Source: Flavobacteriales bacterium (lineage in GTDB: Bacteria; Bacteroidota; Bacteroidia; UBA4408). Taken from it: 48,879 nt of DNA. The translations under genes and the position numbers were made by a program. The notes beneath the pieces are model-generated. The model was not told the DNA's origin. It saw nothing but the letters and a program-made list of their open reading frames with translations, and ran no database searches. Positions 9,533-19,953 of this stretch are shown here, piece after piece (position 1 is the first letter of the stretch; every line of letters starts with the position of its first letter). The stretch lies in contig JBEICQ010000003.1 in the NCBI GenBank assembly GCA_040383885.1, positions 1 to 48,879 on the forward strand. The letters run 5' to 3'.

Positions 9533-12016
9533 TTAACTGCCGCACATCTCACAACCTTCCGGATTGTCGAGAGAGCAGGCAATCTGAGCCAAGGCTAGGT
9601 TTTCTGTTTCTTCCGAAGCCTGCGGCAAAGCTGATTGGTTTACCGGTAGAGAGAAAAGGTCTTGCGAAGAGGCATCGCCCGTGGTGTGCATGGGATTTTC
9701 TGCAACAGGTTCATGCGTATCATTTTTCTCAGTTGATTTTGGCGCATCGGCCGCGTGTTGCTCTACGGTAAATTTAATGGCATCAGCAGCTGCTTTGGTT
9801 CGGAGGTAATACATACCGGTTTTGAGGCCCCTTTCCCAGGCATAAAAATGCATGCTGGTGAGTTTACCAAAACTTGGATCCTGAATAAAGAGGTTGAGTG
9901 ATTGCGACTGACAGATATATGCCCCGCGCTCGGCGGCCATGTCAATCACTGTTTTTTGTTTGATTTCCCAAACGGTTTTATACAAATCCTTAATGTTTTG
10001 TGGAATTTCATCAATCTGTTGAATGGAACCGTTGTTGAGGATGATTTTGTTCTTCATCTTTTCGTTCCACAAGCCAAGATTCACCAGATCCTTGAGCAGG
10101 TATTTATTCACGATGATGAATTCTCCGCTGAGGGTTCCTCTCTTGTAAACATTGCTTGTGAAGGGCTCAAAACATTCGTTATTTCCGAGTATCTGGCTTG
10201 TGGAGGCAGTGGGCATAGGGGCGAGCAAGAGCGAATTGCGCAAACCATGTTGCATCACTTCTTCGCGCAACACATCCCACTCCCAGCGATTGCCGGGTGT
10301 AACGCCCCACATATCAAACTGGAAAATGCCTTTTGATGCAGGAGAGCCTGCGAATGTTTCGTAAGCACCCAGTGACTTGGCAAGATCCTTAGAAGCGGTC
10401 ATTGCACCGTAATAGATGGTCTCAAAAATTTCTCTGTTCAGTTTTTTGGCTTCTTCGGATTCGAAAGGCATGCGCATCAGACAAAATGCATCTGCCAATC
10501 CCTGCACACCAATGCCGATAGGACGGTGTCTGAGGTTGCTGTAGCGTGCTTCAGGAACCGGATAAAAATTACGGTCGATAATTTTATTGAGGTTCTTGGT
10601 AACGGTATAACTGATTTCAAACAGCTTTTGAAAATCAAATTCTCCCTTGTTTACAAACCTTGGCAGTGCAATAGAGGCCAGGTTACAAACGGCCACTTCA
10701 TCGGCTGAGGTGTACTCTAATATTTCGGTACAAAGGTTTGAGGATTTGATGGTACCCAGGTTTTGCTGATTGCTTTTGGCATTGCAGGCGTCTTTATAGA
10801 GCATGTAAGGATTGCCTGTTTCAATCTGGGATTCAAGAATGGCAAACCAAAGTTCCTGTGCTTTGATTTTTTTTCTGGCACGGCCATCGGCCTCATACTT
10901 GAGGTATAAATCTTCAAAAGCCTTGCTATGGGTGTCGGAAAGACCGGGTGCCTCATTGGGGCAGAACAAACTCCATTCGCCGTTTTCTTTTACGCGCTGC
11001 ATAAACAAATCAGGAATCCAAAGGGCGGTAAACAGGTCGCGGGTGCGAAGTTCTTCCTTGCCATTGTTCTTTCTGAGATCGAGGAAATCGAAAATATCGG
11101 CATGCCAGGGTTCCAGGTAGATGGCGAAACTGCCTTTGCGTTTTCCTCCTCCCTGGTCGACATAGCGGGCAGTGTTGTTGAACACACGCAGCATGGGAAT
11201 GATGCCATTGGATGTACCGTTGGTTCCACGAATGTAAGAACCTGTGGCCCTGATGTTGTGGATAGACAATCCGATTCCGCCTGCACTTTGCGAAATTTTT
11301 GCGGTTTGCTTCAAAGTATCATAAATACCTTCGATACTATCGTCCTTCATGGTAAGAAGGAAGCAGGATGACATCTGAGGCTTGGGAGTGCCTGCATTAA
11401 ACAGCGTGGGGGTAGCATGTGTAAACCAGCGTTCGCTCATCAGATTGTATGATTCAATTACGCTGTCGATATCCTCTTTATGAATGCCCACAGCCACACG
11501 CATGAGCATGTGCTGCGGACGCTCCACTACCTTGCCGTTGATTTTTAGGAGATAAGATCTCTCAAGGGTTTTAAATCCGAAATAATCGTAACCAAAATCT
11601 CTATCGTAGATGATGGTTGAATCCAGCAACTGGGCATGGGTCATGATGATTTCATATACATCATCGGCAATCAGGGGTGCGTTTTGCCCGGTTTTGGGGT
11701 CTATGTAGCGATAAAGGGCCTCCACCGTTTTGGAGAAGGATTTGTTGGTGCTTTTGTGCAGGTTACTCACCGCGATTCTGCTGGCAAGCAGGGCATAATC
11801 AGGGTGAATGGTGGTAAGTGAAGCAGCTATCTCTGCAGCCAGGCTATCAAGTTCCTGGGTGTTTACGCCTTCGTAAATGCCTTCAATTACCTTCATGGCC
11901 ACCTGGTAAGGGTTTACATGGTTGGGGTCGAGCCCGTAGCACAACTTTTGAATGCGGGCGGTGATTTTGTCAAATTTGATTGATTCCTTGTTTCCGTCTC
12001 TTTTAACTACGTACAT
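9533..12016 (-). CDS. nrdA: Class I ribonucleoside-diphosphate reductase alpha subunit with N-terminal ATP cone
   Basis: [11 protein letters not shown] cone, [37 protein letters not shown] and C-terminal CEMC. Confidence 0.96.
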   Translation of the reverse strand: MYVVKRDGNKESIKFDKITARIQKLCYGLDPNHVNPYQVAMKVIEGIYEGVNTQELDSLAAEIAASLTTIHPDYALLASRIAVSNLHKSTNKSFSKTVEALYRYIDPKTGQNAPLIADDVYEIIMTHAQLLDSTIIYDRDFGYDYFGFKTLERSYLLKINGKVVERPQHMLMRVAVGIHKEDIDSVIESYNLMSERWFTHATPTLFNAGTPKPQMSSCFLLTMKDDSIEGIYDTLKQTAKISQSAGGIGLSIHNIRATGSYIRGTNGTSNGIIPMLRVFNNTARYVDQGGGKRKGSFAIYLEPWHADIFDFLDLRKNNGKEELRTRDLFTALWIPDLFMQRVKENGEWSLFCPNEAPGLSDTHSKAFEDLYLKYEADGRARKKIKAQELWFAILESQIETGNPYMLYKDACNAKSNQQNLGTIKSSNLCTEILEYTSADEVAVCNLASIALPRFVNKGEFDFQKLFEISYTVTKNLNKIIDRNFYPVPEARYSNLRHRPIGIGVQGLADAFCLMRMPFESEEAKKLNREIFETIYYGAMTASKDLAKSLGAYETFAGSPASKGIFQFDMWGVTPGNRWEWDVLREEVMQHGLRNSLLLAPMPTASTSQILGNNECFEPFTSNVYKRGTLSGEFIIVNKYLLKDLVNLGLWNEKMKNKIILNNGSIQQIDEIPQNIKDLYKTVWEIKQKTVIDMAAERGAYICQSQSLNLFIQDPSFGKLTSMHFYAWERGLKTGMYYLRTKAAADAIKFTVEQHAADAPKSTEKNDTHEPVAENPMHTTGDASSQDLFSLPVNQSALPQASEETENLALAQIACSLDNPEGCEMCGS

Positions 12017-12655
12017 ATCGGTATTCCTTTATTGAGTTGTTCGTGATGATGTTTTTGGTGTTTGATTCATGGGATTTTAAGCGCCTCATGAACGGTAACA
12101 AAAATTTAACTTTTGTATTCACCAATCAAGTGGGATGAATCAACAATTGTCAATAGTTTTAAACATTGTTTCAATTGCCTAAAAACCAACATAATTACCG
12201 GTTTTAAACAGTTTTATGTTAATTAGTTTTCTAAAAAAATTAATACAGAATATTTGCAAAAACCCTCCCTCTTTAGTAAGCAGAAAAACGAAAAATGGGC
12301 ATTTCTCACTGTTTAGCCTTTTGACATAAAGATTAAACAGAAAGAATGAAGATAGGTTTTTCTCATAACGAAACCAGAAACAGACAAAGAAAATCTAAAC
12401 CGAACATGCAGCAAAACACTTTTGGCTTGAAGAAGAAAGTCAGGTAAAACCCGTCAATTTTATCAAATAGGTTAAAAAAGGAATGATGTCTTATGTATAA
12501 ACAGGATGCGGCATCCAACCACAAGATTTCTGCGAGGAAGAGACAAAAAACCTTTTAATAATATGAAACAGGGAGACAGGCGTTAAAAAGTTACCCACAT
12601 CAAACGCAAAAGAACTTATCCAAACAGGCCTCGGCGGAGGTGTTGAGATTCGATG

Positions 12656-12663
12656 TAATTTTG
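12656..12663 (+). promoter_or_regulatory. Bacteroidota -7 promoter element for lhgO
   Basis: TAATTTTG, 16 nt upstream of ATG 12680. Confidence 0.5.
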
Positions 12664-12679
12664 CCGCACAAAACCATAC

Positions 12680-13900
12680 ATGGATCAAACATACGACATC
12701 ATTGTTATCGGTGCGGGAGCGGTTGGGATGGCCACCGCACTCAAGCTCAATACAAGACATCCTCAACTTAAAATTCTGGTACTTGAAAAAGAAAAGGAAG
12801 TGTCTCTCCACCAGACGGGACATAATTCCGGGGTCATTCATTCAGGCATCTATTATAAACCGGGTTCATACAAAGCGAGACTCTGTGTAGAAGGGCGCAG
12901 GGAGCTCGTTCGTTTTGCCAAGGAGCATCACATTCCGCATGACATCTGCGGCAAGGTGATTGTGGCAACAGATCCTTCCGAATTGGATCATTTACAAAAA
13001 GTATTCTCCCACGGACAGGCCAATGGGGTGGAAGACATCAGCCTGATTGGCCCCAATGAAATCAAAGAGATTGAACCCTTTTGTGAGGGAATCAAAGCCA
13101 TCAGGGTAGGCTGCACAGGCATCATCGATTATGCAGATGTTACCCGCAAATATGCCGAAGTATTCAGGGAGTGCTTTCCGCAAAGTCATGTGCAAACCGG
13201 AGCCGGAGTTACCGCCTTTGAAAAACACGCAGACCATACCCTTGTGCATACTGCCCGTGGCAATTACAAAGGCAAATACATCATTGCCTGTGCGGGTTTG
13301 CAGAGCGATCGGATAGCGCGTAAGGAAGGTACACCCAGCGATGCCGCCATTGTGGGTTTCCGCGGAGATTATTATGATTTGTCTGAAACCGGCATGCACA
13401 AAGTAAAACACCTCATTTACCCAGTACCCAATCCCAAGTTCCCATTTCTGGGTGTGCACTTCACGCGGATGATTCATGGCGGGGTGGAATGCGGTCCCAA
13501 TGCCGTATTTGTTTTTAAAAGAGAAGGCTACGGAAAAACCGATTTCAGTCTGCGAGACACTTTTGAGGCGTTTACTTACGGAGGCACCTGGAAATTTTTT
13601 GCCAAACACTGGCGCTTCGGTCTTGATGAATACAGGGGTGCCTTCTCTAAGCGCCTGTTTCTGAAAAGGCTCAATAAATTGATTCCATCCCTGGAGATGA
13701 GTGACATCGTACCCGGGAGGGCCGGAGTGAGGGCCATGGCACTGGCTCCCGAAGGAGAGATGATTGATGACTTTAAAATTGAAAAAAAGGGAAATGCCCT
13801 TCATGTACTTAATGCTCCCAGTCCGGCAGCTACTGCCTCACTTGCCATTGGCGGGGAAGTGGAGCGCATGGCCACCGAATATTTCCGACTTTCGCTATAA
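12680..13900 (+). CDS. lhgO: L-2-hydroxyglutarate oxidase family FAD oxidoreductase
   Basis: GAGAVG FAD motif, HQTGHNSGVIHSGIYYKPGS, PFLGVHFT and NAPSPAATASLAIG. Confidence 0.9.
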   Translation: MDQTYDIIVIGAGAVGMATALKLNTRHPQLKILVLEKEKEVSLHQTGHNSGVIHSGIYYKPGSYKARLCVEGRRELVRFAKEHHIPHDICGKVIVATDPSELDHLQKVFSHGQANGVEDISLIGPNEIKEIEPFCEGIKAIRVGCTGIIDYADVTRKYAEVFRECFPQSHVQTGAGVTAFEKHADHTLVHTARGNYKGKYIIACAGLQSDRIARKEGTPSDAAIVGFRGDYYDLSETGMHKVKHLIYPVPNPKFPFLGVHFTRMIHGGVECGPNAVFVFKREGYGKTDFSLRDTFEAFTYGGTWKFFAKHWRFGLDEYRGAFSKRLFLKRLNKLIPSLEMSDIVPGRAGVRAMALAPEGEMIDDFKIEKKGNALHVLNAPSPAATASLAIGGEVERMATEYFRLSL

Positions 13901-13954
13901 ATGCTTTACCATTTCAGGTAAAATGATGATTTTTGACGGCACTAAAATATCTCT

Positions 13955-15427
13955 ATGTTCACAGGACTGCTAATTGCCCTGCCCCTCTTTGTTTCTCTAC
14001 TGATTTTTTTACTGCGTCCTCCATATGCCCGTCAAATGGCGGTGGTGGGTTCTGTGCTGCAATTTCTCCTGGGATTGTTTGTAATTACACAGCTTAAACA
14101 CACCCATGAGGCACAACATGTGATTAACCTTCCTTGGATCCCTTCTATGGGTATTCACTTTTATGCAGGGATAGATGGCATCAGTGCCATTCTGGTCCTG
14201 CTTACCAATCTCCTGGTGCCCTTTATCCTGCTGGTGAACGGCAGAGACAAAGCCTCAGAAACCGCCGGATTCTTCGGGCTGGTAATGTTGATGCAGGCTG
14301 CGCTTGTGGGCGTTTTTACTGCCCGCGATGGCTTTCTGTTCTACATTTTTTGGGAGATGGCGCTCATCCCCATCTACTTTATCTGTCTGATGTGGGGAGG
14401 TAAGGAACGGATGCGCATCACCCTGAAGTTTTTTATCTACACCATGAGCGGTTCACTGCTTATGTTACTGGCCTTTATCATCATTTACCTGCATACTCCT
14501 TTGCCTCATCAGTTTTCATTTGAAGCGATGCTTACGGCATCAAAAAACATGGATGCAGGCTTGCAGGGCATTTTGTTCTGGCTGATTTTTCTTGCCTTTG
14601 CCATCAAAATTCCTGTTTTCCCTTTTCATACCTGGCAACCCGATACCTATACCGATGCACCGGTTCAGGGAACCATGCTTCTCTCGGGCATCATGCTTAA
14701 AATGGGAACCTATGGTCTGATGCGCTGGTTGCTTCCCGTGCTTCCGCTAGGTGTAAGTACCTGGGGATACACAGCCATTGTACTATCAGTGATTGGCATT
14801 ATTTACGGTGCCGTTATCGCCATCATGCAGGAAGACTACAAACGACTGGCTGCCTATTCCTCCTTTTCACACGCAGGTTTGATTGCTGCGGGCATCCTCA
14901 GCCTTCAAACATCTGCCCTTCAGGGTGCCCTTGTGCAAATGCTGAGTCACGGTATGCTGGTGGTGGCATTGTTCTATTTAATTGAACTCATTGAACAACG
15001 GAGCCATACCCGTAATATTGGTGAACTGGGCGGTATCCGTACCCAATCGCCCATCTTCTCTGCCGTTTTCATGTTGGTGTTGCTGGGAAGTGTGGCCCTT
15101 CCTCTCACCAGCGGATTTGTTGGCGAATTTTTACTTATCGGAGGATTGTATGCCTACCATCCCTATCTGGCAGCCCTTGCAGGTGTAACCATCATCCTGG
15201 GAGCTGTTTATATGTTGAGGTCTTTCAGAAGGGCACTGCTGGGCGAGCCGCAAAAAGCTACCATCGGTTTTGCGGAGATCAGCTCCAACGAAAAATTGAT
15301 TTTGTATCCCCTGCTCCTCCTGGTGTTTTTGATTGGCATCTATCCCAAGCCGCTGCTTGATCTCTCGGAACCTTCCGTAAAACACCTCCTTCAAACCATT
15401 CAATCACCCCATTTAACGCTGCGCTGA
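13955..15427 (+). CDS. nuoM: NADH-quinone oxidoreductase subunit M
   Basis: FYIFWEMALIPIY, AFAIKIPVFPFHTWQPD, LKMGTYG, AYSSFSH and SGFVGEF. Confidence 0.9.
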   Translation: MFTGLLIALPLFVSLLIFLLRPPYARQMAVVGSVLQFLLGLFVITQLKHTHEAQHVINLPWIPSMGIHFYAGIDGISAILVLLTNLLVPFILLVNGRDKASETAGFFGLVMLMQAALVGVFTARDGFLFYIFWEMALIPIYFICLMWGGKERMRITLKFFIYTMSGSLLMLLAFIIIYLHTPLPHQFSFEAMLTASKNMDAGLQGILFWLIFLAFAIKIPVFPFHTWQPDTYTDAPVQGTMLLSGIMLKMGTYGLMRWLLPVLPLGVSTWGYTAIVLSVIGIIYGAVIAIMQEDYKRLAAYSSFSHAGLIAAGILSLQTSALQGALVQMLSHGMLVVALFYLIELIEQRSHTRNIGELGGIRTQSPIFSAVFMLVLLGSVALPLTSGFVGEFLLIGGLYAYHPYLAALAGVTIILGAVYMLRSFRRALLGEPQKATIGFAEISSNEKLILYPLLLLVFLIGIYPKPLLDLSEPSVKHLLQTIQSPHLTLR

Positions 15428-15431
15428 TTCC

Positions 15432-16823
15432 ATGAAATCTCTGATCCTCTTATCCGGACTGGGCGTATTTGCCCTCATCTCTGAAATCATCAGTCTGCGC
15501 AAACTTATTTTTCCTGTTATCCTTATCGGTCTTGCAGCGGTGATTGGCTTTGCTGTAAAAGACTGGAATGCAGAAGACTTTCATTTTTATAACCACATGA
15601 TGGTTTTTGACAAGCCGGGAATGGCTTTCACCATGCTGCTTTGCGCGGTCACGATCTTGTGGTTCTGGATGGCCAAGCCTTACATTGAATCTGAAACACA
15701 TATTTCGGATGCCGTTGCCTTGGTTCTTTTTGCGCTTACCGGTGCGGTGATGATGGCAACTTATGGAAACATGGTGATGCTCTTTCTGGGTATCGAAACC
15801 CTTTCTATACCCATGTATGTGCTTGCAGGAAGCCGCAAAAACAGTTTAAACTCAAATGAATCCGCACTGAAATATTTTCTGATGGGTGCTTTTGCTACCG
15901 GCTTTCTTTTGTTTGGTATTGCCCTTATTTACGGAGTAACCGGCGCTTTTCACCTGCATTCCATCGCTGATTATGTACAGGCAAACAATGGTAACTATCC
16001 TCCCATGTTTTACGCCGGCATCACTCTGGTTGGTATTGGCATGTTGTTTAAAGTATCCGGATTCCCATTTCATTTTTGGGCGCCCGATGTTTACACGGGT
16101 GCTCCTACTCCGGTAACCGCTTTCATGGCCACCGTGGTTAAAACAGCTGCCTTTGCAGCTTTCTTCCGTCTGTTCTCCTGGTGCTTTGGCGGGATATCCG
16201 GTAGCTTCATGCAATGGACCGGCATTTTGTGTGCCTGCACCATGCTTATCGGAAATCTGAGTGCCATTGTTCAGGATAACATCAAACGCATGCTTGCTTA
16301 TTCGAGTATTGCACATGCCGGATACATGTTGTTAAGTATCTTGTCTCTCAGCAAAAGCGGAAACGAGTCTGTGCACAATGCGCTGCTTTTTTACTCTGCT
16401 GCTTATTCTCTTGCCAGCATCATCTCTTTTACGCTCTTGCATCAAGTAGCACTTGCTACCGGTACCGAATCACTCTCCGGTTTTAATGGTTTATTCAAAA
16501 AGAACCGAACAGCTGCCATTGCTATGTCGGTTGCACTGATTTCGCTTGCAGGTATACCACCGCTGGCCGGATTTTTCGGGAAATATTTTCTGTTTTACAA
16601 AGCGCTGCAAGGTGGACATGTGTATGTAATCCTTTTTGCCATCCTTGCCTCACTTGCAGGTATTGCCTATTATCTGCGCATCGTGATTGCGATGTTCACC
16701 GGTGAACCTGATGCATCTTCTGAATTACATCTTACTTCGTCACACAAACTCTTGCTTGGGGTATGTACCCTTGGTTTGATTCTGCTGGGCGTGATGCCCG
16801 GATTGCTGGTGAATATTTTCTGA
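15432..16823 (+). CDS. nuoN: NADH-quinone oxidoreductase subunit N
   Basis: ESALKYFLMGA, FKVSGFPFHFWAPDVY, KRMLAYSSIAHAGY and SLAGIPPLAGFFGK. Confidence 0.92.
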   Translation: MKSLILLSGLGVFALISEIISLRKLIFPVILIGLAAVIGFAVKDWNAEDFHFYNHMMVFDKPGMAFTMLLCAVTILWFWMAKPYIESETHISDAVALVLFALTGAVMMATYGNMVMLFLGIETLSIPMYVLAGSRKNSLNSNESALKYFLMGAFATGFLLFGIALIYGVTGAFHLHSIADYVQANNGNYPPMFYAGITLVGIGMLFKVSGFPFHFWAPDVYTGAPTPVTAFMATVVKTAAFAAFFRLFSWCFGGISGSFMQWTGILCACTMLIGNLSAIVQDNIKRMLAYSSIAHAGYMLLSILSLSKSGNESVHNALLFYSAAYSLASIISFTLLHQVALATGTESLSGFNGLFKKNRTAAIAMSVALISLAGIPPLAGFFGKYFLFYKALQGGHVYVILFAILASLAGIAYYLRIVIAMFTGEPDASSELHLTSSHKLLLGVCTLGLILLGVMPGLLVNIF

Positions 16824-16865
16824 GAAAGAGAAAGATACAATACCGGCAACTTCCCTTTTTCCGAT

Positions 16866-17777
16866 TCAGATAAAATCTTTACAAAACAGGTAGAAGTTAA
16901 AATGATTGGACTGTAACTGTTCAAGAATTTTTGCGTGCAAAAACTCTTTGGATAAATTTTCAACGCGTTTGTTTCGGATCCATTCAAAAGCTTTTTCTGC
17001 AATCAGGTGGGCTCTTTTATCGGGTGAGGATGATTCAGACCGGAGTGTATCGAGCAGGACTGCAAGTTCTTCTATACCCTGGTGATGTGCAGCAGAGACC
17101 TGGGCTGTTTTTTTATTTATTCCTGCATGTGAAAGCCTGAGCATCTCCAGAAGATTTTTAAAAAAAATGCTCGCTCCCGGACGGTCGCATTTGTTAAGTA
17201 CATAAACATCGGCCACTTCCATCACCCCGGATTTCATTTGTTGCACATCATCGCCCGATTCAGGCACCAGCACCAGCATGGTATGATCCGCCAGTCCGGC
17301 TATTTCAACCTCACTCTGTCCAACACCTACGGTTTCAATCAGGATATGGGAAAAACCTGCATGCCTCATCACATCAGTTATCTCGATGATTCTTGCTGTG
17401 AGTCCGCCGAGCGCCCCTCTGGTAGCAAGGCTTCGGATATAAACCTTTGGATTCAGAAAGTAATCGCTCATGCGAATGCGGTCGCCCAGAAGAGCTCCCA
17501 TGTTAAAAGGAGAGCTGGGATCAACTGCGATGATGCCGATGCGATGTGCGGGATTTTTGAGCAGATGAGCAAGCAGTGCATTTACGAGTGTGCTTTTACC
17601 TGCACCGGGAGGTCCTGTGATACCCAGCACTTGCGCACCTCCGGAAGCGGGTAGCTCCTGAAGAAGGGCTTCGTAACCGGAAACCTGATTTTCTACCAGG
17701 GAGATGGCGCGTGCAAGCGGCAGCCATTTGCCTTGCTGTACGCATTCCTGAATATCCTGGAGGGTGATCACTGGCAT
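16866..17777 (-). CDS. meaB: Methylmalonyl-CoA mutase-associated GTPase MeaB (ArgK family)
   Basis: GPPGAGKST, AVDPSSP, GALLGDRIRM, ETVGVGQSE and NKCD. Confidence 0.92.
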   Translation of the reverse strand: MPVITLQDIQECVQQGKWLPLARAISLVENQVSGYEALLQELPASGGAQVLGITGPPGAGKSTLVNALLAHLLKNPAHRIGIIAVDPSSPFNMGALLGDRIRMSDYFLNPKVYIRSLATRGALGGLTARIIEITDVMRHAGFSHILIETVGVGQSEVEIAGLADHTMLVLVPESGDDVQQMKSGVMEVADVYVLNKCDRPGASIFFKNLLEMLRLSHAGINKKTAQVSAAHHQGIEELAVLLDTLRSESSSPDKRAHLIAEKAFEWIRNKRVENLSKEFLHAKILEQLQSNHFNFYLFCKDFI

Positions 17778-17815
17778 GAAAATCGCTATCTTAGCCCTGT
17801 AAATATAACAAGCTT

Positions 17816-18628
17816 ATGATACTGGTACCAACTGATTTTACCCCGGTTGCAGATTGCGCAATGAATCATGCACTTGTACTTGCAAAAAACCTGGGAGACA
17901 GCATCCTTGCCCTGCACATCATTGAAAAAGAAACCCAAAAAAAAGAGGCAGAAGCAAAGCTCCAGAAGATTTTGTCGGCAGCTACTGCTCAGGGAATTAA
18001 AGCAGAGGGGCTTGTAAAAACCGGAAATATTTTTGCTGATATCGGCGCAGAAGCCGCAGCCGGAAAAGCCAAATACATCATCATGGGAACCCATGGCGTA
18101 AAAGGCATGCAACACATTACCGGAAGTCATGCACTGAAAGTCATCACCAATTCATCTATTCCATTTATCGTAGTGCAGCAGAGAAACATTTCTGCAGAAG
18201 GTTACAAAAGAATTATCTGTCCTTTTGATCTTTCAAAAGAGACCAAACAAAAAATGGCGCTCACCATTCAGGTGGCAAAATATTTCTCATCAAAAATTTA
18301 TGTGGTATCTCCTTATGAGAGTGATGAGTTTTTAAAAAATACGGTAAAGCGCAACCTTGCCTTCGCCGAGCATGAATGCAAGATCAATCAGGTGGAATGC
18401 GAAACCATGGCGTTTCCGGAGAAAGGAAATTTTGTAAAACAAACCCTGCAGTTTGCAGCTTCAGTGAATGCCGACCTCATTACCATGATCAATACCCAGG
18501 AACCCGGTGTGCATGAATATATTGCAGGAACCGAGGAACGGCAGTTCATTACCAATGCAGCCCAGATTCCTGTGATGTGTATTCATCCAAAGGATATTGA
18601 AAAATACCAAAGCGTATTGTTTTCTTAA
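17816..18628 (+). CDS. Tandem-domain universal stress protein
   Basis: ILVPTDFT, IIMGTHG..G..GS, and a second domain starting KRIICPFD. Confidence 0.88.
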   Translation: MILVPTDFTPVADCAMNHALVLAKNLGDSILALHIIEKETQKKEAEAKLQKILSAATAQGIKAEGLVKTGNIFADIGAEAAAGKAKYIIMGTHGVKGMQHITGSHALKVITNSSIPFIVVQQRNISAEGYKRIICPFDLSKETKQKMALTIQVAKYFSSKIYVVSPYESDEFLKNTVKRNLAFAEHECKINQVECETMAFPEKGNFVKQTLQFAASVNADLITMINTQEPGVHEYIAGTEERQFITNAAQIPVMCIHPKDIEKYQSVLFS

Positions 18629-18638
18629 TCACATTCTA

Positions 18639-19952
18639 TTGAATCCAAAAGTTCTTCTGATTATCCGGCGGGAGTATCTTACCCGGGTGAGAAAAAAAAG
18701 TTTTCTCATCATGACACTCCTGGGGCCCCTGCTCATGGCAAGTTTGATTTTAAGCAGGTACTGGCTTGAGATGATTCCGCCGGAACCTCAGCAGATTGCG
18801 GTGGTAGATGAAACGGGCGTGTTTTTTAACAGCATTGAATCCAATGAAGTATGCCTTTACAAGCTTTACAACAACAATCTGGAATCGGCAAAGAAAAATA
18901 TTTTCAAAAGTGATAACGACCTGATTCTATATATTCCTTCTAACATTTTAAGTGGGCAAACCGCACAGATTTTTTTTAAGAAACAACCCGGTATTGAAAT
19001 CATTTCTTACACCCGCACGCAAGTGGGAAAACGGCTGCAGGAAGTAAAACTTATTGCTTCAGGAATTGAAAGAGAAAAGCTCTATCAAACAAAAACCAGC
19101 ATCAAAATACTGAGTACAAAAATGCACGACAACGGAACCGAAGAAGAAGGAAACACTGAGGTGAAGCTGGCGGTTGGTTTTTTGGGTGGCAGCATGATTT
19201 ATTTTTTTGTTTTTTTATTCGGATCTCAGGTGATGCGCGGAGTGATTGAAGAAAAAGCCAATCGTGTAATTGAATTGATTGTTACCTCAGTAAAGCCTGT
19301 TGAATTGCTGATGGGGAAAATCACCGGCATTGCGCTGGTGGGTCTCACACAATATCTGGCATGGATTTTACTCACCTTTGGCATCAGTACCTTTTCCATC
19401 AACTACCTGATGCAGGAATATCATTCATCCGATAAAGTGGAAGAGGTATACAAAAGAAATCTGCCAAAAAATGATGTTGAGATTTCTCAATGGGAAGACA
19501 GTGCCACATTATCTGCCATTGGCAGCATCAATTTTTATCTCTTGCTTCCCATGTTTGCCTTTTATTTTTTAGGAGGCTACCTTTTATACGGAGCTCTGTT
19601 TGCAGCCATTGGTGCAGCAGTAGACAATGAAGCAGACACCCAGCAATTTGTGCTACCCATCTCTCTTCCGCTGATTCTCTCATTTATTGCTGCACAGGCG
19701 GTAGTTTCAAATCCGGAAGGTGCACTTGCTCATTGGTTATCGCTGGTGCCTTTTACTTCCCCTATTATCATGATGGTGAGAATTCCGTTTGGTGTTCCGG
19801 TATGGGAAGTTGCGCTGTCTGCAGCTTTATTGATTTTCGGCTTTTGGATGACCAATTTTCTTGCTGCAAAGATTTATCGCACGGGCATACTGATGTACGG
19901 TAAAAAACCAAGTTTCGGGGAAATGCTCAAATGGATGAGATACAAAGCCTGA
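18639..19952 (+). CDS. ABC-2 type (NatB-like) transporter permease
   Basis: LIIRREYLTRVRKKSF and VIEEKANRVIEL..GKI motifs; large loop after TM1. Probable TTG start at 18639. Confidence 0.85.
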   Translation: MNPKVLLIIRREYLTRVRKKSFLIMTLLGPLLMASLILSRYWLEMIPPEPQQIAVVDETGVFFNSIESNEVCLYKLYNNNLESAKKNIFKSDNDLILYIPSNILSGQTAQIFFKKQPGIEIISYTRTQVGKRLQEVKLIASGIEREKLYQTKTSIKILSTKMHDNGTEEEGNTEVKLAVGFLGGSMIYFFVFLFGSQVMRGVIEEKANRVIELIVTSVKPVELLMGKITGIALVGLTQYLAWILLTFGISTFSINYLMQEYHSSDKVEEVYKRNLPKNDVEISQWEDSATLSAIGSINFYLLLPMFAFYFLGGYLLYGALFAAIGAAVDNEADTQQFVLPISLPLILSFIAAQAVVSNPEGALAHWLSLVPFTSPIIMMVRIPFGVPVWEVALSAALLIFGFWMTNFLAAKIYRTGILMYGKKPSFGEMLKWMRYKA

Positions 19953-19953
19953 T

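Noticed and set aside
12491-12841. 116-aa minus-strand ORF as a possible nrdB remnant or small protein
   Set aside because: Overlaps the lhgO 5' end in antisense and has no ferritin-like or RNR motifs.
12992-13804. 270-aa antisense ORF inside lhgO
   Set aside because: Shadow frame of a well-supported gene with no recognisable motifs.
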